A stretch of DNA of 56,598 nucleotides from an uncultured Eubacteriales bacterium (GTDB lineage: Bacteria; Bacillota; Clostridia; Oscillospirales; Acutalibacteraceae). The stretch spans positions 1 through 56,598 of the forward strand of contig CAYXMF010000002.1 of the NCBI GenBank assembly GCA_964465845.1. Reading direction: 5' to 3'. Positions 44,887-54,906 of this stretch are shown here, piece after piece; positions within the stretch are counted from its first letter, which is position 1, and every line of letters begins with the position of its first letter. Under the pieces are notes generated by a model. The model was given only the letters and a program-made list of their open reading frames with translations. It was not told where the DNA came from and ran no database searches. The position numbers and the translations under genes are program-made.

Positions 44887-46155
44887 TTATACCAAAGCTT
44901 CAACCGCAGCAAGTTTTGCACAAAGACAGAAAACTTCCATCGCTTTACCCAAATCTTTTACAGATGGGAATGTAGGAGCAATTCTGATGTTCTTATCATC
45001 AGGATCCACACCGTACGGATATGTTGCACCAACTGTAGTAAGAACAAGGCCAGCATTTTTACAAAGTTCACCTATTCTCTTTGCACTGCAACCGATTGTA
45101 TTATAACTGATAAAGTATCCGCCTTTAGCCTTTACCCACTCACCGATTCCGAGCGGTGCAATTTCTTTTTCCAGCATATCAAGAACAAGTTGGAATTTTG
45201 GTGCAATTATTTTTGCATGTTTCTCCATATGTGCTTTAATACCATCAACATTTTTGAAATATTTAACATGACGAAGCTGATTAAGTTTATCATAACTGAT
45301 TGTCTGGAAATTAAGTCTTTTCTTAATTTCAGCAATATTATTATCAGATGCCGCAATAGCAGAAACGCCTGCACCGGGGAATGAGATTTTAGATGTTGAT
45401 GTAAATTCAACAAAGTAATCCTCTGTACCAAACTCTTTACAAGCATCAAAAATATTCATAAGTGTATCAGGAGTATCAGTTAATTCGTGAATAATATATG
45501 CGTTGTCCCAGATTACTCTGAAATCCTTTGCGGCCGGTTTGAGTGATGCAAGTGCTTTAACAGTGTCATCACTATAAGTAACACCATTTGGATTTGAATA
45601 TTTAGGTACACAGAACATACCTTTAACCATTGGATCTTTAACAAGTTCTGCAATTTTTTCAACATCAGGACCATTATTTGTCATTTCAACAGTAATCATT
45701 TCAATACCGAAAAATTCTGTAATTGCAAAATGACGGTCATAACCCGGAACATTACAAATGAACTTTACCTTTCCCTGCTTACTCCATGGTTCACAACCTG
45801 AAACACCTAAATACATGCACTGATTAAGATAGTCATACATAAGATTAAGACTTGAAGAACCGCCGATTACAATATTTTTAGCATCAACATCCAGAAGTTC
45901 TGCAAAAAGGCTCTTGCACTCAGGAATACCATCAAGTACACCATAGTTACGACAATCAAAGCCATTTTCAGCCTTGCAATCTTTAGCATCAACCATAACA
46001 TTAAACATATCAACTGATAAGTCAAGCTGGTCTGCACCCGGCTTACCGCGTGACATATCAAGTGAAAGTCCTAATGATTTTACTTCTTCATATTTCTTTT
46101 CAAGTTCTTCTTTTACAGAAACAAGTTCATCTCTCCTCATTTCATTATAAAGCAT
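44887..46155 (-). CDS. PLP-dependent aminotransferase (class I/II fold)
   Basis: 422 aa. PLP-Lys context FTSTSKISFPGAGVS and fold-type I layout. Substrate not assignable. Confidence 0.75.
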   Translation of the reverse strand: MLYNEMRRDELVSVKEELEKKYEEVKSLGLSLDMSRGKPGADQLDLSVDMFNVMVDAKDCKAENGFDCRNYGVLDGIPECKSLFAELLDVDAKNIVIGGSSSLNLMYDYLNQCMYLGVSGCEPWSKQGKVKFICNVPGYDRHFAITEFFGIEMITVEMTNNGPDVEKIAELVKDPMVKGMFCVPKYSNPNGVTYSDDTVKALASLKPAAKDFRVIWDNAYIIHELTDTPDTLMNIFDACKEFGTEDYFVEFTSTSKISFPGAGVSAIAASDNNIAEIKKRLNFQTISYDKLNQLRHVKYFKNVDGIKAHMEKHAKIIAPKFQLVLDMLEKEIAPLGIGEWVKAKGGYFISYNTIGCSAKRIGELCKNAGLVLTTVGATYPYGVDPDDKNIRIAPTFPSVKDLGKAMEVFCLCAKLAAVEALV

Positions 46156-46184
46156 GGGATAACCTCCAAATTTATTTTCGGTAT

Positions 46185-46213
46185 ATTATATAGTATAATT
46201 TTTATTTTTGCAA
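46185..46213 (-). promoter_or_regulatory. sigma-A-like promoter of the aminotransferase-ispDF unit
   Basis: On the minus strand: TTGCAA, 17 nt spacer, TATAAT. Confidence 0.5.
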
Positions 46214-46297
46214 GTAAATAATTAAAAAACTGCATTTTCATCAAATCAAAGCTAAATAATTAACTGTTTTTGAATAATTTGACAGGATTTTTTGCAA

Positions 46298-47596
46298 TTA
46301 TTTGCGTTTAGGGTGAATACATGGCAAAATCTTAGGCTTTTCACCCTCAATTTGCTCAATCTGTGCAAGCAAAAGCGCTTTTAATTCTTTTTTTATCAGC
46401 TCATACTCTTTAGACTTTATTAAGTTATTTTTCTGAGCCTTGTCCTTTGAATTATCATAGAGATAATCTTCAAAATACACTTTTGAATTTGCAGAAAAAA
46501 GTTTTGGGGAAGAAACTGAATATGTATAATCTTTGGTTCTTATCGCACGACCGCATTGACTTTCACTGATCTGAATAAAAGCAAATCCGTAATCACCTTT
46601 TACCTGAATCGACTCACCTTGATAACTTTCAGGAGGATAAATACCTGCAGAATGAAGCATGGTCGGAGGAAGATCAATAAGACTGACCATTTTATTTTCT
46701 GCCTTTCCTGCTTCAAAGCCTTTACCTTTAATAATTAATGGAGTATGAATTGAAGCATCATGGCAACTCCGTTTATATTCAGCATTTCTTGTTTTAAAAT
46801 GACATCCATGATCAGAAGTGTAAATAATTGTTGTATTATCGTATATACCTTTTTTCTTAAGCGTTTCTACAAGTCGCCCAAGATTGTCATCAAGACTTTC
46901 AATAGCCGCAAGATAATCAGGATACATTTCGTTATAGTTCCCTTTCAGATGTGCCAAATCTTCAGGGATTTTGTAATTCTTGTATTTTTCTATCTTTTCT
47001 TTTGGACCTTCAAATCTTTTATGATCGTTCTGATGATGCGGCTCAAGTTGAGATACAAACAAAAAGAACGGCTTTTCACTATCACGGTTTTCAATATATT
47101 CTATTGCAAAATCGTTAATTTTATCAGCACGATAACCTGTAAAATCGATTCTATTGCCCTTTTCATCAAAAACATAACCATCATACCCGTGAGATGTAAA
47201 TTCAAGAACATCTGCACCGCGGAAGTGCCGATAACCCCAAAGTCTGGCTTCAGGTATCGCGGTTTTTTCACAATTAATATTCTCTCCGCCATTTTTACCT
47301 GAAGAAAGATGCAGCTTTCCAATATATGCAGTATCGTAACCATTTTCATTGAAGTAGTCAGCAAGTGATTTCACATCATCACGAAGTGGAATTCCGTTTA
47401 TGTGACAACCACATTCAGTAGGATAAACACCAGTTTGTAAACTTGCTCTTGCAGGTCCGCAAACAGGTTGACAAGTATAGCAATTCTCGAAGAATGTACC
47501 TTCATCTGCAAGTTTCATAAGATTAGGCATAATCTCAGGGGTTGCGGTATCATATCTTTGCTGGTCAGAAAAATAAAAAATAATGTTGTCTTTCAT
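46298..47596 (-). CDS. Cys-type sulfatase (formylglycine-dependent), no signal peptide
   Basis: N-terminal metal motif NIIFYFSDQQRYD, a signature CGPARASLQTG (CxPxR....TG), and downstream YTSDHG. Confidence 0.85.
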   Translation of the reverse strand: MKDNIIFYFSDQQRYDTATPEIMPNLMKLADEGTFFENCYTCQPVCGPARASLQTGVYPTECGCHINGIPLRDDVKSLADYFNENGYDTAYIGKLHLSSGKNGGENINCEKTAIPEARLWGYRHFRGADVLEFTSHGYDGYVFDEKGNRIDFTGYRADKINDFAIEYIENRDSEKPFFLFVSQLEPHHQNDHKRFEGPKEKIEKYKNYKIPEDLAHLKGNYNEMYPDYLAAIESLDDNLGRLVETLKKKGIYDNTTIIYTSDHGCHFKTRNAEYKRSCHDASIHTPLIIKGKGFEAGKAENKMVSLIDLPPTMLHSAGIYPPESYQGESIQVKGDYGFAFIQISESQCGRAIRTKDYTYSVSSPKLFSANSKVYFEDYLYDNSKDKAQKNNLIKSKEYELIKKELKALLLAQIEQIEGEKPKILPCIHPKRK

Positions 47597-47660
47597 TTTA
47601 GATCTCCAAACTTTTTATAAAAACATTATATCACAAAAGTGAGATTTTACAACGTCAATA

Positions 47661-47689
47661 TTGAAAATACCGGCATATTATGGTAAAAT
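47661..47689 (+). promoter_or_regulatory. sigma-A-like promoter of the manA-MFS operon
   Basis: TTGAAA (47661-47666), 17 nt spacer, TGgTAAAAT (TAAAAT at 47684-47689). Confidence 0.6.
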
Positions 47690-47718
47690 ACCTTGAAATT
47701 GAAATAAGGAGATTTTAT

Positions 47719-48666
47719 ATGTATATTTTAAAGTTAAATCCTGTTTTTAAAGATTATTTATGGGGTGGCACAAAACTTCGTGATGAATACGGATTCGAAT
47801 CAGATCTTGATAAGCTTGCAGAGGGTTGGATGCTCTCTTGCCACAAAGACGGCGAAAACACAATTGAAAATGGTGAGTTCGCAGGAAAGACACTGACCGA
47901 AATAGTTAACACTAATCCTGACATTCTTGGTGAAAACGGCAGAAATTTTGAATATTTTCCAATTCTCATCAAACTTATTGATGCAAAAAATGATTTATCT
48001 GTTCAGGTGCATCCCGATAACGAATATGCGATGAGAGTAGAAAAAGAATACGGCAAAACTGAATGCTGGTATATTCTTGATTGTGACGAAGGCGCAGAAC
48101 TCATTTACGGTTTTAACCGCGAAATCACCAGTGAAGAGTTTGAAAGCAGAATTGCTGATAATACCTTCCTTGAAACAGTTAATAAAGTTAAAGTCAAGAA
48201 GGGAGATTTATTCTTTATTGAAGCAGGCACTTTGCACGCAATCGGTAAAGGAATTTTGCTTGCAGAAATTCAGCAGAATTCTAACACAACATACAGAGTT
48301 TATGATTACGGCAGACTTGGTGCTGACGGTAAGCCTCGCGATTTACATGTACAAAAGGCAATTGATGTTACCAACTGCACCCCACCTACTCGTTCTACCG
48401 ATCCCGAAGGCGAACTTGTTGAGTGTGATGGTTATACAACACAGTTGCTTACAAAATGCGACTTATTTAATGTAGAAAAAGTTACTGTTAATAGCGCATT
48501 TAACGGTAGTGCTGACAATAAATCTTTCGTTTCAATTCTTATTACTGACGGCAACGGTACAATTGACGGTATTGAAATCAAAAAAGGTGACAGTCTGTTT
48601 GTGCCTGCAAATTACGGTAATTTCTCTGTTTCAGGTAAATTAGAACTTATTGTTACAAGGGTGTAA
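47719..48666 (+). CDS. manA: mannose-6-phosphate isomerase, class I (Firmicutes type)
   Basis: FKDYLWGG, LSVQVHPD, ECWYIL and GTLHAIG motifs. The start is reset to ATG 47719 (AAGGAG SD). Confidence 0.88.
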   Translation: MYILKLNPVFKDYLWGGTKLRDEYGFESDLDKLAEGWMLSCHKDGENTIENGEFAGKTLTEIVNTNPDILGENGRNFEYFPILIKLIDAKNDLSVQVHPDNEYAMRVEKEYGKTECWYILDCDEGAELIYGFNREITSEEFESRIADNTFLETVNKVKVKKGDLFFIEAGTLHAIGKGILLAEIQQNSNTTYRVYDYGRLGADGKPRDLHVQKAIDVTNCTPPTRSTDPEGELVECDGYTTQLLTKCDLFNVEKVTVNSAFNGSADNKSFVSILITDGNGTIDGIEIKKGDSLFVPANYGNFSVSGKLELIVTRV

Positions 48667-48667
48667 C

Positions 48668-49897
48668 ATGAAGAACAGAACATTTACCGGCACAAAAGTC
48701 GCTTGTTACATAGGCTATATTGTACAAGGAATAATTAATAACATAGCTCCTTTGCTTTTTGTAATTTTCAGCGACAAATTTAATATCACACTTGAAAGAC
48801 TTTCTTTACTGATTACAATAAATTTTGGTACGCAACTTATTATTGATACTTTATCAATAAAGTTTGTTGACAAAATTGGCTACAAAAGACTTGCCATTGT
48901 TTCACAAGCAATAACCTTTGTTGGACTTACTTGTCTGTCAATGCTTCCAAACATTCTTACAGACGCATATATCGGAATTGTAATCTCAATTATTCTTTCT
49001 GCAGTTGGTAGCGGACTTACCGAAGTTATTATAAGTCCTATTATCGAATCAATTCCGGGCGAAAAGAAAACAGCAGAAATGAGTCTTTTGCATTCATTCT
49101 ATTGTTGGGGACAAGTTATTGTTGTTGCTTTGACAACGGTTATAATTAAAGTTTTTGGTAATGATCTGTGGTATATTGCACCTGCAATTTGGGCACTTAT
49201 TCCCCTTTTCAATACTTTTAACTTCATCGGTGTACCGGTTGTTCCAAACCTTACCACAGAAGAAAAAACTCCATTTTCAAAAATGCTTTTATCAAAACAA
49301 TTCATTTTATGTATTGTAATTATGATTTGTTCAGGCGCTTCAGAGATTGCAATGTCACAATGGTCATCATATTTTGCTGAAGCCGGACTAAAAGTTTCAA
49401 AAGTTACCGGAGATTTATTAGGACCTTGTCTTTTTGCAGTTTTAATGGGAACAGGTCGAATGTTGTTTGGATTTTTAGGTGAAAAAATAAACCTTAAAAC
49501 CGCTTTATGCTGTTCGGCAGGATTTTGCGGAATTTGTTATATTACGACTTCACTTATTGAAAGTCCAATAATTTCATTAATCATGTGCGCATTGACAGGG
49601 CTGAGCGTAAGTATCATGTGGCCTGCAACATTAAGCCTTGCAGCAAGACTTTTTCCGAAAGCCGGCGGTGCAATGTACAGTGTCCTTGCTCTTTCAGGAG
49701 ATACAGGTTGCACGCTGGGACCTTGGTTTGTCAGCTTTATGTCAATCAAGTTTTCACTTGAGAACAGTGGCGGTGAAGCATTAAAATCAGGTCTTGGTTT
49801 TGGTGCTTTATTCCCAATATTGATGATTATAGCAATAACACTTCTCAACTATAAAAAGTTCAGTATTGACAAAAGGAACAAGGATGATATAATTTAA
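48668..49897 (+). CDS. MFS transporter
   Basis: About 12 predicted TM helices. ATG 48668 lies 1 nt after the manA stop. Confidence 0.8.
   Translation: MKNRTFTGTKVACYIGYIVQGIINNIAPLLFVIFSDKFNITLERLSLLITINFGTQLIIDTLSIKFVDKIGYKRLAIVSQAITFVGLTCLSMLPNILTDAYIGIVISIILSAVGSGLTEVIISPIIESIPGEKKTAEMSLLHSFYCWGQVIVVALTTVIIKVFGNDLWYIAPAIWALIPLFNTFNFIGVPVVPNLTTEEKTPFSKMLLSKQFILCIVIMICSGASEIAMSQWSSYFAEAGLKVSKVTGDLLGPCLFAVLMGTGRMLFGFLGEKINLKTALCCSAGFCGICYITTSLIESPIISLIMCALTGLSVSIMWPATLSLAARLFPKAGGAMYSVLALSGDTGCTLGPWFVSFMSIKFSLENSGGEALKSGLGFGALFPILMIIAITLLNYKKFSIDKRNKDDII
49866..49893 (+). promoter_or_regulatory. sigma-A-like promoter of the FMN riboswitch-ribU unit, embedded in the MFS gene 3' end
   Basis: TTGACA (49866-49871), 16 nt spacer, TGaTATAAT (TATAAT at 49888-49893). 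Confidence 0.6.
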
Positions 49898-49907
49898 TTA
49901 AGATATA

Positions 49908-50016
49908 GTTGTCTTCAGGGCGGAGCGAAATTCTCCACCGGTGGTAAAGTCCACGAGCAAGTGCTGAATGGGTGTGATTCCCATACCGACGGTATAGTCC
50001 GGATGAAAGAAGATGC
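49908..50016 (+). promoter_or_regulatory. FMN riboswitch (RFN element) aptamer
   Basis: Conserved RFN blocks: TCTTCAGGGCGGAGCGAAATTCTCCACCGGTGGTAAAGTCCACGAGC ... GATTCCCATACCGACGGTATAGTCCGGATGAAAGAAGA. Confidence 0.9.
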
Positions 50017-50032
50017 AACATTTTGTTACATT

Positions 50033-50062
50033 TGCCCTGCTTTTAGCGGGGCATTTTCTGTT
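50033..50062 (+). terminator. riboswitch expression-platform terminator
   Basis: TGCCCTGC / GCGGGGCA stem with loop TTTTA, then TTTTCTGTTT. Confidence 0.75.
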
Positions 50063-50096
50063 TGGCAACTAATCAAATTTTGAAAGGAAGATTTTA

Positions 50097-50687
50097 ATGT
50101 CAAACAAAAGAAACAAAAAAATTTTCAACCTTACAATTGTTGGATTAATGACTGCAATAGCAACGGTTATTTATATGGTTTTCCCCGAAGTACAGATTAT
50201 TCCCGGTGTTGACTATATGAAAGTTGATTTTTCAGATTTTCCCGCAATTCTTACCGGAGTAATTTTTGGTCCTTTAGAGGGAATACTTGTAGAGGTGTTT
50301 AAAAATGTAATTCACCTTACCAGAACTACAACTGTTGGAATTGGCGAAATAATGAATATTGTTATTGGGAGCAGTATGATTCTCTCAATGTCATTTTCAA
50401 TTAAATGTTTCAAGAAAATTTTTAAAGAAACTAAAATCACTTTGAAATCATATTTTATTTCCTCAGTAATAACAATCGTAGTTGCAATTATAATGGGTTG
50501 GTTTGCAAATATAGTTTTTACTCCTATATATTTCAATATTATGGGTATTCCTTTAGTAACACAAACATATTGGGCAGGAGTATGGGGTTCAACAACATTA
50601 AATTCAGTAAAAGCCGCATTTAACGTAATACCATTTTTCCCAATATATTTTGCACTTGAAAAAGGTGTAAAAAAATACACAATGTAG
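50097..50687 (+). CDS. ribU: ECF-transporter S component for riboflavin
   Basis: 196-aa protein with about 6 TM helices, directly downstream of the FMN riboswitch. The sequence is typical of RibU/ECF S components. Confidence 0.85.
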   Translation: MSNKRNKKIFNLTIVGLMTAIATVIYMVFPEVQIIPGVDYMKVDFSDFPAILTGVIFGPLEGILVEVFKNVIHLTRTTTVGIGEIMNIVIGSSMILSMSFSIKCFKKIFKETKITLKSYFISSVITIVVAIIMGWFANIVFTPIYFNIMGIPLVTQTYWAGVWGSTTLNSVKAAFNVIPFFPIYFALEKGVKKYTM

Positions 50688-50715
50688 TTGACAATGCACG
50701 AATATGTGATAAAAT
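50688..50715 (+). promoter_or_regulatory. sigma-A-like promoter of the SAM riboswitch-metK unit
   Basis: TTGACA (50688-50693, starting at the base after the ribU stop), 16 nt spacer, TGaTAAAAT. Confidence 0.6.
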
Positions 50716-50734
50716 ATATATCAACTGAATATTT

Positions 50735-50830
50735 CCCTTATGCAGAGTGGTGGAGGGTCTGGCCCTGTGAAACCCGGCAACCTGCTTTTATGCAAGGTGC
50801 TAATTCCTGCGGATTTTCCGAGATATAAGG
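50735..50830 (+). promoter_or_regulatory. SAM-I riboswitch (S-box) aptamer
   Basis: CTTATGCAGAGTGGTGGAGGGTCTGGCCCTGTGAAACCCGGCAACC...AAGGTGCTAATTCCTGC...GATATAAGG matches the S-box conserved blocks. Confidence 0.9.
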
Positions 50831-50842
50831 TTGTTAATTTAT

Positions 50843-50870
50843 AGCACCCTTATGGGTGCTTATCTTTTTT
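50843..50870 (+). terminator. S-box terminator
   Basis: AGCACCC / GGGTGCT stem with loop TTAT, then TATCTTTTTT, immediately before the metK SD GGAGG. Confidence 0.75.
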
Positions 50871-50883
50871 GGAGGCTAAAAAA

Positions 50884-52074
50884 ATGGCAAAATTCTTATT
50901 TACATCTGAATCAGTAACAGAAGGTCATCCTGACAAAATCTGTGATAAAATTTCTGATGCAGTTCTTGATGCAATGCTTGAACAGGATCCAATGTCACGA
51001 GTTGCTTGTGAAACAACTGTTACAACCGGACAAGTTCTTGTTATGGGTGAAATTACATCAAAGGCTCAGGTTAACATTCCTGAAATCGTTAGAAATACCA
51101 TTCTTGAAATTGGTTATGACCATAGCGACAAAGGTTTCGACGGTAATACTTGTGCAGTCCTTGTTGCACTTGATAAACAGTCATCTGACATCGCACTCGG
51201 TGTTGACAATTCAATGGAAATCAAAGAAGGTAATGATGATTTCTATAACCTTAATGGTGCCGGTGACCAAGGTATGATGTTTGGCTTTGCTTGTGATGAA
51301 ACTCCCGAACTTATGCCAATGCCAATTTCAATGGCAAATAAACTTGCAGTTCAGCTTACTAAGGTTAGAAAGGATGGTACTCTTCCCTATCTTCGTGCTG
51401 ACGGCAAAACACAGGTTACTGTTGAATATGATGACAACAGAAATCCTGTAAGAATTGATGCAATTGTAGTATCATCACAGCACAGTGCAGACGTTGAGCT
51501 TACACAAATCCGTGAAGATGTCAAGAAGCACGTAATTGAGCCTATTGTTCCTGCAAATCTTATTGACGAAAATACAAAGATTTTTGTAAATCCAACAGGA
51601 AGATTTGTAATTGGCGGTCCTATGGGTGATTCAGGTCTTACGGGCCGCAAAATCATTGTTGATACATACGGCGGTTATTCACGTCACGGCGGTGGTGCTT
51701 TCTCAGGTAAGGACCCGACAAAAGTTGACCGTTCCGCTGCATACGCTGCAAGATATGTTGCTAAGAACGTTGTTGCTGCAGGTCTTGCAAAGAAATGCGA
51801 AATTCAGTTAGCTTATGCAATCGGCGTTGCAAAACCTGTTTCAGTTATGGTTGACACTTTTGGCACAGGTATTCTTAAAGATTCAGAACTTGGTGACATA
51901 ATCAACGACGTATTTGATCTTCGTCCTGCTGCTATTATTGATAACCTTAAACTTCGTAACCCAATCTATAAACAACTTGCAGCATACGGACACGTAGGCA
52001 GAACAGATTGTGATGTTATGTGGGAAAAAACTGACAAAGTTGAAATTTTAAAAGAAAAAGCAAAAATTAACTAA
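50884..52074 (+). CDS. metK: S-adenosylmethionine synthetase
   Basis: [26 protein letters not shown] and GGGAFSGKD motifs. The start is reset to ATG 50884. Confidence 0.96.
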   Translation: MAKFLFTSESVTEGHPDKICDKISDAVLDAMLEQDPMSRVACETTVTTGQVLVMGEITSKAQVNIPEIVRNTILEIGYDHSDKGFDGNTCAVLVALDKQSSDIALGVDNSMEIKEGNDDFYNLNGAGDQGMMFGFACDETPELMPMPISMANKLAVQLTKVRKDGTLPYLRADGKTQVTVEYDDNRNPVRIDAIVVSSQHSADVELTQIREDVKKHVIEPIVPANLIDENTKIFVNPTGRFVIGGPMGDSGLTGRKIIVDTYGGYSRHGGGAFSGKDPTKVDRSAAYAARYVAKNVVAAGLAKKCEIQLAYAIGVAKPVSVMVDTFGTGILKDSELGDIINDVFDLRPAAIIDNLKLRNPIYKQLAAYGHVGRTDCDVMWEKTDKVEILKEKAKIN

Positions 52075-52154
52075 TTAAAAATCGTATAAAGCATTTAAAA
52101 GTACTCATAATATCAGTGCAGGTAAAAACATGCTAATATTAAGGAGTGAATATA

Positions 52155-52367
52155 ATGCTTGACAGAATTTCTTTAATTCTCGTTGTTATAGGTGCAATTA
52201 ACTGGGGTGCAATAGGCTTATTCCAATTCGACCTTGTTGCATGGTTGTTTGGCGGTCAGTCAGCAATAATCAGCAGAATTATTTACACAGTTATTGCTCT
52301 TGCGGGTATCTGGTGCTTGTCACTTTTATTCCGACGCAACGAAGTTTTAGCAAATGATGAGGTATAA
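52155..52367 (+). CDS. DUF378 small membrane protein
   Basis: IGAINWGAIGLFQFDLVAWLFGG is the DUF378 signature. ATG 52155 lies 8 nt after AAGGAG. Confidence 0.8.
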   Translation: MLDRISLILVVIGAINWGAIGLFQFDLVAWLFGGQSAIISRIIYTVIALAGIWCLSLLFRRNEVLANDEV

Positions 52368-52373
52368 AAAATC

Positions 52374-52399
52374 AACTCCCTCGAAATATCGAGGGAGTT
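52374..52399. terminator. bidirectional terminator between the DUF378 gene and rqcH
   Basis: AACTCCCTCG / CGAGGGAGTT 10-bp perfect stem with a 6-nt loop, T-rich on both sides. Confidence 0.8.
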
Positions 52400-52402
52400 A
52401 TT

Positions 52403-54157
52403 TTATTCTTCGAATTTTAATTTTTCAACAAACTCTTTCTGCGGAGTCACAAAAACCGTATTATATGTGTTATAAATCACTTTTCCGGGCTTTGCACCAA
52501 CAGGTTTTTTCACATTTTTAATTAACGTATAATCAACTGCTACAGAAGATGAATCCTTAGCCTTGCTATGATAGGCCGCTATGCACGCTGCCTCGAAAAT
52601 GGCCGTTTCAGTGATTATATTTCTATCAGCAATAATTATTGTATGTGAGCCTGCGTGCTTTTGGACATGCAACCACACATCGTAATTTTTTGCCGTTTTT
52701 AAAGTCAGGAAGTCATTCTGAACATTATTTCTGCCGACAAGAATCTTAAAGCCGTCACTTGACTTAAATTCAAGTGGTGGTAAAGGCTTCTCTTTTTTCT
52801 GCTTACTTCCCCTCTTTGATTTTACATAACCGCCTTTTTCGAGTTCATCACGAATTTCTGTAATTTCACGGTCCGACTCAGCACGAGAAAGATTATCGAG
52901 AACGGTATCAAGATAAACAAGTTCTTGCTCACCTTCATCAATAAGATTATGCAAAAGTTTTTCAGCATTGGAAGCTTTCTTATATTCTTTAAAATATTTT
53001 TGAGCATTCTGTTGTGCTGTTAACGCAGGATTAGCGGGAATATCAACCTTATTGTTATTATCATAATAATTTTCTACAGTATAAACTGATGATTTTTCAG
53101 TTAATCTATACTGATTTGCAGTTATCAGTTCAGCAAAAATCCTCAATTGTTCACGATCTTCACTTTTTTGAAGTTCAAGACGTCTGTTGTTGATTTTTCG
53201 TGAAGTTCTCTCAACTGCATTATTAAGAATTTTAAATAAATCGGCAGCTTTTCTTTTAATACGATTAATCTTATCTTTTTCAAAGTAGAAATCATCGAGC
53301 AATTCAGAAATTGAATTGTAATCTTTTTTTATCAATGCATTACCGTATTGTCTTATATTGGTAAAACAAAAGTCAAATGGAACATTCTCTGCAGAAGAAA
53401 GCATACAGAAGCCTTTATTCTCGATTATTTCATTTCTGATAATGATGATTTCATCATATAAACGCTCTTTTTCAATATCAAGAAGTAAACCTACTTGCTT
53501 GTCACCAAAAACTGTTCTGTAAGCAATTTCACGGCTAACAATGGGTGAAATTCCTTCAACAGTATCGATTATTGATTTTGATAGCATTTTTTCAGGTTTA
53601 TCCAAAATTTCAGCAATGATTTTTTTTACATCTTCAGTTAAAATATTACACTTTGCGGGAATCGGGGGAAGTTCATATTTAAGTCCGGGAAGAATTTCAC
53701 GAACGGATGACTTTTCTTCATCAATTCTTTTTACTGCATCAATTATTTTATATTCTGCATCACAAAAAATAATGTTACTGCGTTGTCCCATTATTTCAGA
53801 AATCACATAATATTTTGTTTTGTCACCAATTTCAGTTGTACCGTCAAACTCAAATATGAGAATTCTGTCATTTCGTATTTGTTTGATTTCAGATAAAACT
53901 GCACCAACAAGATGTTTTCTAAGTAACATACAAAGCATTGGCGGAGTCTTGGGATTTTCAAGGTTATAACGGCTCAAATGCACTCTGGGGCTTTGACCGT
54001 CACATGATAAATATAACCTGTAACCACCGTTTCGGGTACGCAAGATGAACACCAGCTCATTTTTTGAAGGCTGATGTATTTTATCAATTTTAGAGCCAAT
54101 TATATATGTTTCAAGCTCATTTTTAATTAACCCGAGGGTAACTCCGTCTAATGCCAT
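52403..54157 (-). CDS. rqcH: ribosome quality-control protein RqcH (NFACT / FbpA family)
   Basis: MALDGVTL...IDKIHQP NFACT-N start, a coiled-coil middle and an NFACT-R segment DVWLHVQKHAGSH. The start is reset to ATG 54157 (AGAGG SD). Confidence 0.88.
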   Translation of the reverse strand: MALDGVTLGLIKNELETYIIGSKIDKIHQPSKNELVFILRTRNGGYRLYLSCDGQSPRVHLSRYNLENPKTPPMLCMLLRKHLVGAVLSEIKQIRNDRILIFEFDGTTEIGDKTKYYVISEIMGQRSNIIFCDAEYKIIDAVKRIDEEKSSVREILPGLKYELPPIPAKCNILTEDVKKIIAEILDKPEKMLSKSIIDTVEGISPIVSREIAYRTVFGDKQVGLLLDIEKERLYDEIIIIRNEIIENKGFCMLSSAENVPFDFCFTNIRQYGNALIKKDYNSISELLDDFYFEKDKINRIKRKAADLFKILNNAVERTSRKINNRRLELQKSEDREQLRIFAELITANQYRLTEKSSVYTVENYYDNNNKVDIPANPALTAQQNAQKYFKEYKKASNAEKLLHNLIDEGEQELVYLDTVLDNLSRAESDREITEIRDELEKGGYVKSKRGSKQKKEKPLPPLEFKSSDGFKILVGRNNVQNDFLTLKTAKNYDVWLHVQKHAGSHTIIIADRNIITETAIFEAACIAAYHSKAKDSSSVAVDYTLIKNVKKPVGAKPGKVIYNTYNTVFVTPQKEFVEKLKFEE

Positions 54158-54165
54158 AAAACCTC

Positions 54166-54906
54166 TTAAATCGCATTTATTGGCGTATTCTGTATTGCCA
54201 AAATGCACTCAATATCAAAATTGTTTTTAATCTTTTCTAAAAGTGGATTGATTGCAATATTTTCTGTTTCAAAATGGCCTGCACAGACAAGTCCAATTCC
54301 CATATCGTCAGAATCTAAAAAAGAATGGTGTGAACCGTCACCAGTAAGAAGAACATCACAACCTAATTTTTTTGCAGTTTCAAGGTAATCGCTACCTGCA
54401 CCACTACAAACTGCGACCTTTTTGATTTCACCTTTATATGAATTAAATCTAACCAATCCTTTAAGTTGAGATTTAATCATATCTGCAAAATCGTTAATAT
54501 TTGCAAAATCTGTATATCCCATGTTAAGACAAGTTCCATCAATTTTAGAAACATCTGTCAAGCCAACTGTTTTACAAAGTATATCGTTAACTCCGTCAAC
54601 TGCCTTGTCATAATTTGTGTGAGCACAGATAATACTTAAATCATTTTTGATAAGTTTATAAACCAAACTGTCGCTTAAAACATTGGAAACGGGCTTAAAA
54701 ATTATAGGGTGATGAGTGATAATCAAGTCTGCATTCCCAGCAACTGCTTGATTTATAATATCATCTGTCACATCAAGAGCAAATATTATTTTATTAACAA
54801 TTTTAGCTTCATCACCAACAAGAAGACCTGAATTGTCCCATTCTTCTGCTGTATCAAAAGGTGCAATTGAATCAATAAAATCATAAATATCTTTTACTGT
54901 TGCCAT
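54166..54906 (-). CDS. Nif3-like dinuclear metal-centre protein (YqfO family)
   Basis: DLIITHHP and GHFETE motifs. It pairs with trmK as in B. subtilis yqfN-yqfO. Confidence 0.88.
   Translation of the reverse strand: MATVKDIYDFIDSIAPFDTAEEWDNSGLLVGDEAKIVNKIIFALDVTDDIINQAVAGNADLIITHHPIIFKPVSNVLSDSLVYKLIKNDLSIICAHTNYDKAVDGVNDILCKTVGLTDVSKIDGTCLNMGYTDFANINDFADMIKSQLKGLVRFNSYKGEIKKVAVCSGAGSDYLETAKKLGCDVLLTGDGSHHSFLDSDDMGIGLVCAGHFETENIAINPLLEKIKNNFDIECILAIQNTPINAI

Noticed and set aside
44746-45384. A 212-aa plus-strand ORF (and the overlapping 122-aa ORF at 44738-45106).
   Set aside because: It is antisense to the well-supported ispD and aminotransferase genes. It has low-complexity, Cys/Phe/Asn-rich composition and no SD. 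This is a typical shadow ORF in AT-rich DNA.
46760-47302. A 180-aa plus-strand ORF.
   Set aside because: It is antisense to the sulfatase gene, which carries the CxPxR signature. Its composition is low-complexity and Phe/Ile-rich.
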